From contig JAWAHN010000001.1 of the NCBI GenBank assembly GCA_038889235.1, forward strand, positions 240,001 to 272,000: a stretch of 32,000 bases of DNA, read 5' to 3'. Every line of letters starts with the position of its first letter. The first letter of the stretch is position 1. The position numbers were made by a program, and so were the translations under genes. This DNA comes from Candidatus Jordarchaeales archaeon. Its GTDB lineage: Archaea > Asgardarchaeota > Jordiarchaeia > Jordiarchaeales > Freyrarchaeaceae. The notes beneath the pieces were generated by a model. It ran no database searches, had not been told where the DNA came from, and saw only the letters and a list, made by a program, of their open reading frames with translations. Positions 17,697-26,269 of this stretch are shown piece after piece.

Positions 17697-18602
17697 TTGG
17701 AGCGATTGTCCAAGGAGAATTTAAGCCTTTTAGAACTTGGAGAAAGCCTTTTGGTTAGAGGAGAGGTTCGTAGAGCTGAGAAGGTCCTGAAAAAGTCTGT
17801 TAGGAAGCTGAGGGGTGACGAGCGAAAGCTAGCGGACGCCATGGTGAGCCTTGGAGTAGCTCTTTATAGAGGGGGCAAAGTTAAGGAAAGCCTGAAGACT
17901 TTCACTGTGGCGTTAAAGTTGTGTGAGCGAATAGGCTACGGTGCCGGCGTTGCTAGGAGCTACAGCGGGATCGGGATAGCTTACTCGTCTCTCGGGAAGC
18001 CTTTAGACGAGGCTTTAAGGTACCATGAGAAAGCCCTTGAAGCCGCCAAAAAAGCTGGGGATCTGAGTGTTGAGGCTAGAGTGTTGAGTAACATGGGGTT
18101 GACGTATTTGATGGGCGACAAGCCCGAGAAGGCGCTTAGCGTCTTCCGTGAGGCTGTGGAGAAAGCTAGGATGAGTGGGGAGAAGCACGTTGAAGCATTG
18201 GCGCTCACCAACCTGGCAACAGCAATGAGGATTATGGGCAGGTTGGAAGAGGAGGTGAGCGCTAGGAGGAGAGCTATAGAGCTTTTTGACGAGCTTGGAA
18301 ACGTGAGGGATGCTGCTGCGAACAGAGTGGAGCTTGCTTCTGCACTAAGGCAGCTGCGGAGAAGCGGTGAGGCGGTTGAGGTTGCCGAGAGGGCTAAGAG
18401 GGACTTCTTGCAGATCAAGGACAAGAGTATGGTGAAGGTTGTCGACGAGCTCATCAGAAAGATGAGAAGTAGGGAGAGGAAGTGTCCTTCTTGCGGTGCC
18501 GTGATACTGGTTGAAGATCTAGAGTACTGCCCGATATGTGAGGCTGTCCTTGTTGAGGAGAAGAAAGGGAGAAGAGCCTTGAAGCTTAAAGGGAAGCTTT
18601 AA
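17697..18602 (+). CDS. Tetratricopeptide repeat protein with a C-terminal zinc ribbon
   Basis: About 5-6 TPR-like repeats (ARSYSGIGIAY, ARVLSNMGLTY, ALALTNLATAM); CPSCG...CPIC. Confidence 0.85.
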   Translation: MERLSKENLSLLELGESLLVRGEVRRAEKVLKKSVRKLRGDERKLADAMVSLGVALYRGGKVKESLKTFTVALKLCERIGYGAGVARSYSGIGIAYSSLGKPLDEALRYHEKALEAAKKAGDLSVEARVLSNMGLTYLMGDKPEKALSVFREAVEKARMSGEKHVEALALTNLATAMRIMGRLEEEVSARRRAIELFDELGNVRDAAANRVELASALRQLRRSGEAVEVAERAKRDFLQIKDKSMVKVVDELIRKMRSRERKCPSCGAVILVEDLEYCPICEAVLVEEKKGRRALKLKGKL

Positions 18603-18639
18603 GTCTAGCCAAGAGGTTTTTGTTAACCCGGGTGGTAGA

Positions 18640-19065
18640 ATGCCTCCCCCTAGAACACCCCTATTAGCAGTTGACGCTGTGATAGTGGGTAAAGATGGGG
18701 AAAGCATTATCCTAGTTAAAAGGTCGAACCCTCCTTTCAAGGACTACTATGCTCTTCCCGGAGGCTTTGTCGAGGTCGGTGAAAAACTGGAGGAAGCGTT
18801 GAAAAGGGAAGTCATGGAAGAAACAGGGTTGGAGATTGAAGTTGAGAGGATGATTGGCGTTTACGACGACCCTAACAGGGATCCAAGAGGACACGTTGTT
18901 ACGGTGGCGTACTTGTGCAGGGAGGTCGGAGGCGAGCTGAGGGCAGCGACAGACGCCAAGGAAGCTAGAAAGTTCGCTTTCGACGAGGTTAAATGTCTCA
19001 AACTGGCGTTCGACCACGAGAAGATCTTGAGGGATGCGGGGGTTTTTGACGCGCGAAAGCGGTGA
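18640..19065 (+). CDS. NUDIX hydrolase (ADP-ribose pyrophosphatase-like)
   Basis: Nudix box GGFVEVGEKLEEALKREVMEETGL; RDPRGH; LAFDH. Confidence 0.93.
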   Translation: MPPPRTPLLAVDAVIVGKDGESIILVKRSNPPFKDYYALPGGFVEVGEKLEEALKREVMEETGLEIEVERMIGVYDDPNRDPRGHVVTVAYLCREVGGELRAATDAKEARKFAFDEVKCLKLAFDHEKILRDAGVFDARKR

Positions 19066-19723
19066 GAAGTTCTCGGCGGCTATACTCGCCGGGGGATCTT
19101 CGTCGAGAATGGGTGTGGAGAAGGGGCTAGTGAACTTAGCGGGGAAACCGATGATACTATATGTTATTGAGGCGTGTAAGGTTTTAACGGACAACGTGTT
19201 TGTTGTCGCCTGCTCTGACAACGTGAAAGCTTACTCAGAAAGGTTAGCTGGAGTGGTTGAGGTTGTGCAGGACGTTGATGTAGGGTTTAAGTCGCCTTTA
19301 GTTGGAGCTTACACCGCGTTCCTGCATCAGAGGAGAGGATATGTCTTCCTTTTACCTTGCGACGCGCCCCTAGTCAAACCTATAGTGCTCTCATTCCTTG
19401 GAAGCTTAGCCGACAGATGGGACGCCGTTATCCCAAGATGGCCAAATGGCTACATTGAGCCGCTTGTCGCGGTTTATAATGCAAGCAAAGCACTGCACTC
19501 CGCCGGGAAAGCTATCGAGGAGGGACGTAGGGACATGATGGCGCTTGTAGAGAGAATTAAGGCGCTCTATGTTTCAACCCTAGTTATAAGGGAGCTGGAC
19601 CCGGAGCTTGAAACCTTCTTTAACGTTAACACGCCTGACGATCTAAGATCTGCTGAGAGTAGGATTATGAAGAAGCGGGAGAATAGAGGAGAAGAGGTGA
19701 AAGTGGGGTTTGGAGGTCACTGA
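19034..19723 (+). CDS. mobA: Molybdenum cofactor guanylyltransferase (start may be TTG at 19046)
   Basis: ILAGGSSSRMG..KGL, PL.G, PCDAP, EPL.AVY, FFNVNTPDDL. Confidence 0.9.
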   Translation: MRGFLTRESGEKFSAAILAGGSSSRMGVEKGLVNLAGKPMILYVIEACKVLTDNVFVVACSDNVKAYSERLAGVVEVVQDVDVGFKSPLVGAYTAFLHQRRGYVFLLPCDAPLVKPIVLSFLGSLADRWDAVIPRWPNGYIEPLVAVYNASKALHSAGKAIEEGRRDMMALVERIKALYVSTLVIRELDPELETFFNVNTPDDLRSAESRIMKKRENRGEEVKVGFGGH

Positions 19724-20815
19724 GAAGTTTAGGAGCGCTGGCGTGGCAAAGGAAATAGTGGAGGAGATTAGGAGGCTGAAGCCGGACAGAAAAGTGAAGT
19801 TCATGCATGTTTGCGGGACAGCTTGAAGGCCCCGATACACGAGCAGACTGTAAGCCGGTTTGGCCTGAGGAGTCTCCTTCCCGAAGGAGTTGAGATAGTC
19901 GCTGGTCCAGGATGCCCTGTCTGCGTGACGCCAACGATGGCTATTGACAGGGCGGTAGAGCTGGCTCTTAGAGGGGTGACGGTTGCAGTTTTCGGGGACT
20001 TAGTGATGGTGCCGGCTACAAAGATGTCGCTCCTAGAGGCGAGGGCTAGAGGTGGGGACGTCAGGGTGGTTTACAGCGTCTCGGATGCTGTCGATATAGC
20101 TCGCAGGAACCCTGACAAAGAGGTGGTTTTCGTTTCTATAGGATTCGAAACCACTGCTCCAACCACGGCCAACGAGCTCTTGAAGGGTGTACCAGAGAAC
20201 TTTAGTGTGATGTGTTACCATAGGCTGATACCGCCGGTGATGGAGCTTCTTCTCGGCGTGGGTGACATTCAGATAGACGGGTTCATATGTCCGGGGCATG
20301 TGGCAGCCATAATAGGTGTGAAGGCTTTCAGGGTTTTCGCTGAGGCTTACAAGATGCCAACCGTCGTGGCGGGCTTCGAGCCCAACGACGTCTTGTTAGC
20401 TATTCTAATGCTTCTAAAACAGCTGCGTGACGGGGAGGCAAGGTGTGAGAACGAGTATAAGAGGGTGGTTAGGGAGGAGGGAAACTTGAAGGCGCAACAA
20501 CTTATAAGGGAGGTTTACGATGTGACGGGCGCTGTTTGGAGGGGTATTGGAAGAGTTCCCCAGTCTGGCCTAGTGTTGAATAAAGACTTCGAGCACTTGG
20601 ATGCAGAGAAAAGGTACGAGTTCTCTCAAATGGAGCACGTAGACATAAACCCCGGGTGTAACTGTCACTTGGTGATGATAGGAAAAATATATCCCCCTGA
20701 GTGTAAGCTTTTCGGCAAAGTTTGCACACCGCAGAAGCCTTACGGCCCCTGCATGGTTAGCTCGGAGGGGACTTGTAGGATATACTATAAGTATGGTAAG
20801 CAGCTGAAGCTATAA
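19710..20815 (+). CDS. hypD: Hydrogenase maturation protein HypD, split into exon 1 (19710-19819) and exon 2 (19837-20815); 362 aa when joined
   Basis: Exon 1 reads MEVTEKFRSAGVAKEIVEEIRRLKPDRKVKFMHVCG(T). Exon 2 reads HEQTVSRFGLRSLLP...GPGCPVCVT...GFETTAP...GFICPGHV...CNC...C..F...CTP..PYGPCMVSSEGTC. The track ORF 19811..20815 lacks the true N-terminus. Confidence 0.92.
19820..19836 (+). other. Candidate 17-nt bulge-helix-bulge (tRNA-type) intron in hypD mRNA
   Basis: CGGG helix (19814-17), ACA bulge, GCT-TGAA-GGC inner hairpin, CCCG helix (19831-34), ATA bulge, outer pairs G-C and T-A. Cutting after the second nucleotide of each bulge gives TGC GGG AC|A CAC GAG = CGTHE in frame. Confidence 0.8.
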
Positions 20816-20867
20816 AAGGGGTGATTGCCGTTTGACCGTTTTTCCCCAGACCGCTGAGGAGCACAAT

Positions 20868-21755
20868 TCACTTTGTCAGTATTGCTGAAAGGTATCCGAC
20901 TATGGCGTCTACCCCGCCTCTTATGTCGTAGCTTGTAGCATACTTCAGTATTTCAGCCTTTCTAGCTCCAAGCCCTCTGGCGGCTACTATCATGCTTGCG
21001 ACAGCGTTCACGCCGCACATCGTTAATCCTTCTTCGTGAACCGTGAAATATAGTCCTTCAGCGTCTAGCTTTTTGATCATCTCCAGTATCCTGCCGTCGG
21101 TGTTGTATATCCATTTTATGACTTTTTCTATGGGAGAGATTCCAGCTGGGGTATAGTCGTACATGGGGCCATAGTGGGTTAAATCGGTGCTCCCCAAAAC
21201 CACAACGTCTCTGCCCAGCTCCTTTGCGGCTTCAGCTACACCCTCCCCGACCTCAACACAAGTTTCGTAGTCCGTTGGTCCGAAGGCTATCGGAACAAAG
21301 CGCACCTCCCCGTAAAGATATTGGAGGAACGGGATTTGAACTTCAAGAGAATGCTCTCTGGCGTGAGCCCTAGGCTCGTCAAGCACTATTGTGGCGTGCT
21401 TCATTATGGCGTTGGCGAGCTCGGAGTCTATTACAGCCTTTCCGAACGGGAGAACCCATGAACCCTTCTTCATTATTGACACGCCCGGGTATCCCATGTG
21501 GCTTGGGCCCATCATGACGAAGCATTCTGGTCTGCCGTCTTCCGCTAGCGCTTTGTAGAGGTGGGCCGCGACCGGACCCGAGTAGTAGTAGCCAGCATGA
21601 GGGGACACACATCCAACTATTATTCTAGCTCCGTTGTCATTTACTTTAGGTATCACTCCGGGGCCATGTTTCTCTTTGAAGCACGACTCTATGGTGCGCC
21701 TTAGCTCGTTGGGGTTTCCGGGGTAGAATCCTACTGCTGCAGGCGCACGCTCCAA
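20868..21755 (-). CDS. MEMO1 family protein (AmmeMemoRadiSam system protein B)
   Basis: VSPHAGYYYSG, GPSH, EHSLEVQIPFLQ, STDLTHYG, TMCG. Confidence 0.93.
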   Translation of the reverse strand: MERAPAAVGFYPGNPNELRRTIESCFKEKHGPGVIPKVNDNGARIIVGCVSPHAGYYYSGPVAAHLYKALAEDGRPECFVMMGPSHMGYPGVSIMKKGSWVLPFGKAVIDSELANAIMKHATIVLDEPRAHAREHSLEVQIPFLQYLYGEVRFVPIAFGPTDYETCVEVGEGVAEAAKELGRDVVVLGSTDLTHYGPMYDYTPAGISPIEKVIKWIYNTDGRILEMIKKLDAEGLYFTVHEEGLTMCGVNAVASMIVAARGLGARKAEILKYATSYDIRGGVDAIVGYLSAILTK

Positions 21756-21776
21756 GAATCAAATCCTCCTCTACTT

Positions 21777-22358
21777 TCACTTCGCCTTCATCATCCTTTC
21801 TTTCCACTCGGAAACACTGAACATCAGTCTAGTCTTGTCGCCTGGCGATAGGCTGGGCCCACTGTACGACTTTAGCTTCCTAGACCACATATCTATGTGG
21901 TAGACTATTGGCAGGAAGGAGGGGTATTCCTCGTAGATCCATGACTTTATGCTTAAAAGCTCCTCAGCTATTTCGCCTGGCTTGTCACCTTCCTCAATTA
22001 GTTTTTCCAGTCTCTTGAAGCGGTCTTCTATTGGCTTGCGTAATCTTTCAGACACTTTGACGAGATGTTCTTCTCCGGCAACCTCAGCGGCCTCAACTGG
22101 CTTAACTTCGCTGACTGCGGCTACAGACCCGCTTTCCACAGCGCTGACTTTTTCAGCAGCTTCGGGCGCGGCTTCCTCTCTTTTTACCTCTGCAGCTGCT
22201 TCGGCTCCCCCGGTTACCAGCGGGAACTTTACGGACTCCAGCATGCCGACGACTGTTGAAAGAGTGTAGGATGCTTCGTTAACCTTAACAGATACATCCT
22301 TAAGTGCTGAGACAATGCGTTTTAAAAGAGAAATGGCTTCTTGGACGTCTCGAGACAA
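21777..22358 (-). CDS. Hypothetical protein: two helical domains joined by an A/E/V-rich linker
   Basis: TTG at 22358 follows a GGGGGAG RBS; the ORF extends to 22406; host-like composition. Confidence 0.7.
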   Translation of the reverse strand: MSRDVQEAISLLKRIVSALKDVSVKVNEASYTLSTVVGMLESVKFPLVTGGAEAAAEVKREEAAPEAAEKVSAVESGSVAAVSEVKPVEAAEVAGEEHLVKVSERLRKPIEDRFKRLEKLIEEGDKPGEIAEELLSIKSWIYEEYPSFLPIVYHIDMWSRKLKSYSGPSLSPGDKTRLMFSVSEWKERMMKAK

Positions 22359-22444
22359 AATAACTCCCCCTAACACCTTAAAGTATAAAGTAGAAGTAAT
22401 GCCCATAAAAGCTTTCGCTTAAAAAATAAAGAGAAGTTAGACAT

Positions 22445-22591
22445 ATGCTGGGTAAACGTGCATCAGTTATCGGTTGCGGGAAAGGTCGGCTGGCGCGGAA
22501 GCCGCTGGCCAGCATGTTTTGGACCGGCAACTGCATTGTAATCCGGCATTCAACCAAACTCGCCGAGAAAGTCCTTTCGACTTTGCTGTGA
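22445..22591 (+). CDS. Possible 48-aa small ORF or gene fragment
   Basis: MLGKRASVIGCGKGRLARKPLASMFWTGNCIVIRHSTKLAEKVLSTLL. It follows an A-rich promoter-like tract, fills most of the intergenic gap and is below the ORF-track cutoff. Confidence 0.25.
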   Translation: MLGKRASVIGCGKGRLARKPLASMFWTGNCIVIRHSTKLAEKVLSTLL

Positions 22592-22614
22592 AGTGAGGAG
22601 AGAAAGTGTTTATT

Positions 22615-24060
22615 CTAAGTCTGTTTTGCGGACTGTTGCTTTACGGTTAATTCTAGCACTCTGTTTTTCGCTGCTTTCAACAGTTGTCCTTTGAGGTATA
22701 GGGCCTTAACCATTTGAACTACTTCGGCAATGGTGTGGGCGACTGGAACACCGTTGTACTCGAAGCCTTCTACTATCATGCTGTACTTTGGCAGCCATGG
22801 AACGTGGGCTACCACGGGTTTGTCGTAGAGCAAGGCTATGTTTGAGAGGCGACGTCCGAGGGTGAGACTTAGTGCTGGCGGGTAGGGGAACGAGAGAATT
22901 ATTATTGCGTCTATGTCTTCTTTCTCTAAGAGGAATTTTAGCACGGCTTCCATGTCATCGTCCGTGGCGCTCCCTGTGAGGTCTATCGGGTTTTTCAGCG
23001 TGGCTACATAAGCAGCTGATGGTTGGAGACGTGACCTCAACTCCTTTTGTTCCTCCTCGCTCAGCTCTACGAGTTTTAGCCCGGCCTCAGCGCAGAGGTC
23101 TGAGCAGACCACGGCGTGTCCGCCAGATATGGTTATTATGGCTACGTTGCCTCGCTCTATCGGTTTAAGGTTGAATGAGAACACTTTTGCGAAGCTTATT
23201 ATCTCGTCTTCCGACTGGGCTTCTATTATGCCGTACTGCTTGAGAGCCGCCGAGAAGAGCTTGGGTGATGTCGCCATGAGCCCCGTATGGGAGGCAACGG
23301 TGCGCTTAGCGGTCTCAGTTTTCCCAGCCCTGAAAACGATTATAGTTTTCTTCTCGGCGCACGACCTGGCTGCTTCAAGGAACCTTCTTCCCTCTCCTTC
23401 CTTGAAGCCTTCTATGTATAGGGTTACGGTCTTTGTTCTGGGGTCTTTCTCTAGGTAGTTTAATAGCACTGCTTCATCGACAACCGCCTTGTTTCCCACA
23501 CCTACTGCGATGGACACACCGAGGTTCCTCTCGTAGAACCTTGAGAAGAAGTGGTCAACCATGAAGCCTCCCGACTGGCTTATTATCGCTATGTTTCCTG
23601 GTTGGAGTTTGACCATTCTCTCGCTTGGGAGGAAGAACGTGTCGACGTAAGGGGGACTATATATGCCGAAGCAGTTTGGTCCTATGACTGGTAGGTCGTA
23701 TTTGAGCGCTATTTTTGTGAGCTCCTTTTGCCTTTCGACGCCTTCTCCTCCCGCCTCGGCGAAGCCCCCTGATACTACGACCACTCCTCCGACGCCTAGC
23801 TGGCCGCACTCTTCAACCACAGGGTTTACGTATTCAGCCCTGATAGCTATTACTACTAGGTCTAGGTCGACCGGTATATCGCTCAGCTTCTTGTATATTT
23901 CGCGCCCGTCTAGGACTCCTCCTTTAGGGTTTACTCCGTAGACGTTAACATTCATTTCGTGGAGGTTTTTCCTGAATATGACTGTTGCGGGGTTCATAAA
24001 GTTGCTTGAAACACCAACCACCGCCATATTTTTGGGTTCAAACATTCTTTTAAGGTTCAT
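22615..24060 (-). CDS. NDP-forming acyl-CoA synthetase alpha-subunit-like (CoA-binding) protein
   Basis: MFEPKNMAVVG, VNPKGG, SGGFAE, IGPNCFG, SQSGG, VGNKA, phospho-His motif SHTG, NPIDLTG. Confidence 0.9.
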   Translation of the reverse strand: MNLKRMFEPKNMAVVGVSSNFMNPATVIFRKNLHEMNVNVYGVNPKGGVLDGREIYKKLSDIPVDLDLVVIAIRAEYVNPVVEECGQLGVGGVVVVSGGFAEAGGEGVERQKELTKIALKYDLPVIGPNCFGIYSPPYVDTFFLPSERMVKLQPGNIAIISQSGGFMVDHFFSRFYERNLGVSIAVGVGNKAVVDEAVLLNYLEKDPRTKTVTLYIEGFKEGEGRRFLEAARSCAEKKTIIVFRAGKTETAKRTVASHTGLMATSPKLFSAALKQYGIIEAQSEDEIISFAKVFSFNLKPIERGNVAIITISGGHAVVCSDLCAEAGLKLVELSEEEQKELRSRLQPSAAYVATLKNPIDLTGSATDDDMEAVLKFLLEKEDIDAIIILSFPYPPALSLTLGRRLSNIALLYDKPVVAHVPWLPKYSMIVEGFEYNGVPVAHTIAEVVQMVKALYLKGQLLKAAKNRVLELTVKQQSAKQT

Positions 24061-24151
24061 TCTTCAGTATACCTCAAGGACTGGTTGTTTCACAGAAGAG
24101 TTTTTAAAACTCAGCTAAAAATGTTTCCAGAAATCTCGTGGAGGTTTACCT

Positions 24152-25462
24152 TTGTTCTTGTACAATGAAAGTTTGAGTGTAAGTAGCGGGCATCTGTGTC
24201 TTGACGGCGTGGATCTCGTGGAGCTCGCGGACGAGTATGGGACGCCACTGTTCGTTTTCTCCGAGGAAACTATTAAGAGAAGGGCTGAGGAAGTTGCAGC
24301 GGCCTTTGGAAGGGAGAACGTCTACTATGCTAGCAAGGCGAACTCGAACTTAGCTGTGCTGAGCTTGATCAGGAAGCTTGGCTTGAACGTGGAGGTTAGC
24401 AGCGAGGGCGAGCTCTATGCAGCGTTAAAGGCTGGGTTTAAGCCAGAGCAAATAGTGTTCAACGGCGTCGCCAAGACGCTTAGAGAGCTACGGGTTGCAG
24501 CGGAGCTTGGACTGCACTGCGTCAACCTTGACTCTCTGTGCGAACTGGAGAGGCTGAAGCAGGTTGCTAGGGAGCTCGGTGTCGAGGTAAACGTGGCCTT
24601 TAGAGTCTCTTCGGGCGTCGTTGCCGGAACACACTTAAGTTTTGAGACGGCGGCACCGTTCTCTAAGTTCGGAGTTACGCCAGAGGAGGCTGAGGAAGCT
24701 TACAGGGAGGCGCTCAAAGGGGACGGGGTGAACCCCATAGGAGTCCACTGCCACATAGCTTCCCAAGTTCCAAGAGTTGAGATATTCGAGAAAGGGGTGT
24801 ACAATGTGAGCAGAGCGATTAAGAGGATTGAGGAAAGAACGGGGTTCAAGTTGCTGGAGTTCAACATGGGGGGCGGAATACCCGTACCTTACGCGAAGAA
24901 TTTCATAGAGGGGTTGCCAGAGTACTTCTACGCTAGAATTCCACCGAGAGAGGTTGCCTCAAAAGTTAGGAAGGTTTTGGACGAGGTGCTGGGCGGCGTA
25001 CGCTTAATAGCGGAGCCTGGGAGGTACGTGGTGGGAGAATCAGCGGTCCTAATAACACAGATACAAAACGTCAAGGTGAAAGGCGGGGAAGCATGGGTTA
25101 TTGTTGACGCGGGCTTTAACGTGCTCCTAGACGCGTTCAGCTACAAGTGGTACTTCCACATGGTCTCGGTGAACAGAGCGGGAGAGGAACATGACCAGCC
25201 TTACATGGTCGGAGGCCCCTTATGCGACGGCGGAGACACGTTATTAGCGGGAGTGAGGCATAGGATGCTCCCCCGCAACCTTAAAGTTGGAGAGTACCTG
25301 GCGTTGCTTGACACAGGAGCCTACACGCTCGAACAGATGTCACAGTACAATGGTCGACCCAGACCGGCAGCTTTAATGATTTCAGGGGGCAAAGTGAAGC
25401 TTATCAGGAGGAGAGAGACCCTGGAAGACATCGTAAGAAACGATTGCTACGAACAAGACTAG
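24152..25462 (+). CDS. PLP-dependent fold-III amino acid decarboxylase (diaminopimelate decarboxylase-like; substrate uncertain)
   Basis: GTPLFV, YASKAN (PLP Lys), SKFG, HIASQ, MGGG, EPGRY, GPLCD, GAY...YN.RPRP. Confidence 0.88.
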   Translation: MFLYNESLSVSSGHLCLDGVDLVELADEYGTPLFVFSEETIKRRAEEVAAAFGRENVYYASKANSNLAVLSLIRKLGLNVEVSSEGELYAALKAGFKPEQIVFNGVAKTLRELRVAAELGLHCVNLDSLCELERLKQVARELGVEVNVAFRVSSGVVAGTHLSFETAAPFSKFGVTPEEAEEAYREALKGDGVNPIGVHCHIASQVPRVEIFEKGVYNVSRAIKRIEERTGFKLLEFNMGGGIPVPYAKNFIEGLPEYFYARIPPREVASKVRKVLDEVLGGVRLIAEPGRYVVGESAVLITQIQNVKVKGGEAWVIVDAGFNVLLDAFSYKWYFHMVSVNRAGEEHDQPYMVGGPLCDGGDTLLAGVRHRMLPRNLKVGEYLALLDTGAYTLEQMSQYNGRPRPAALMISGGKVKLIRRRETLEDIVRNDCYEQD

Positions 25463-25642
25463 AAACACCACTTCACATTTTTCCTCAACAATTTCCTTCC
25501 CTTTAGCCCCTTCCTACCCCTTCTAGGCAAGGGAACACCCAGGGGACAGCTTAACCTTCTTTTAGGCTGGCCTGCGCTGAAAAATCCTTGTAGTGTCCAA
25601 AAATATGAAAAATGAAAGAGGAGTCTTTAGGTAGACTGTGGT

Positions 25643-26137
25643 TTAAACGAAGAGGGCTTCCACTTCCGGCTTCGTCATGTAAACTAGTACTAGTACACTG
25701 AACAACACTATGAGAAGGCCAATCGCTGTCCCGACGATGGGAAGGAAGATTAGCAAAACTCCAACTAGTATTGCAGCCACCGAGAAGAATAGGACAATTT
25801 TTCTCGCCCAGTTGAACATCTTCAGCAGGCCGCCTCCAACGAAAACCATCACAGTCCCTGGCAGTAGGAGGAACGAAAGGATTGCTGACAAGATTATTTC
25901 GGAAGCTAGTTGTGCTGTCAGCACATGCATTAAGAAAACTACTCTGAAAATAGGCACTAGCCCTTGCAAATCGAAGAAAATCTTTTCAATTAGAAGGAAT
26001 AGGACAGGTAGTGCAGACAGTTCTGAAGCACTCCCTATGACGGAGAGCACGCCAAGTACACCGAGGGCGGCGAACAACGCGCCCACGATCAAGTAGAGGA
26101 CACCTATTAGTGATACACCAAGAGGTCTTTCGGACAT
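25643..26137 (-). CDS. Hypothetical membrane protein (about 4 TM helices)
   Basis: MSERPLGVSLIGVL... GLLKMFNWAR... YM.KPEVEALF; strongly hydrophobic; GGGGGA RBS. Confidence 0.8.
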   Translation of the reverse strand: MSERPLGVSLIGVLYLIVGALFAALGVLGVLSVIGSASELSALPVLFLLIEKIFFDLQGLVPIFRVVFLMHVLTAQLASEIILSAILSFLLLPGTVMVFVGGGLLKMFNWARKIVLFFSVAAILVGVLLIFLPIVGTAIGLLIVLFSVLVLVYMTKPEVEALFV

Positions 26138-26269
26138 TCAAAATCCCCCTTTGTACTTTCTTTATTTTCTTCTAGATTTAAGAAGTTGTCGTTCCTGGTA
26201 AACGCACAGTTGGGAGGCAATGTTTTTAATAATTGGGGGCATTGTTGCTTTCAAGTGGCGTAGAGGAGG

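Noticed and set aside
19824-19826. Selenocysteine or other readthrough of the in-frame TGA in hypD
   Set aside because: Readthrough would not correct the frame, because the downstream HypD is shifted by 17 nt, and the TGA is not at a Cys position.
19811-19837. The track ORF start MRDSLKAPI as the real HypD N-terminus
   Set aside because: It would drop the essential CG of CGxH and the conserved N-terminal 37 residues encoded upstream in another frame.
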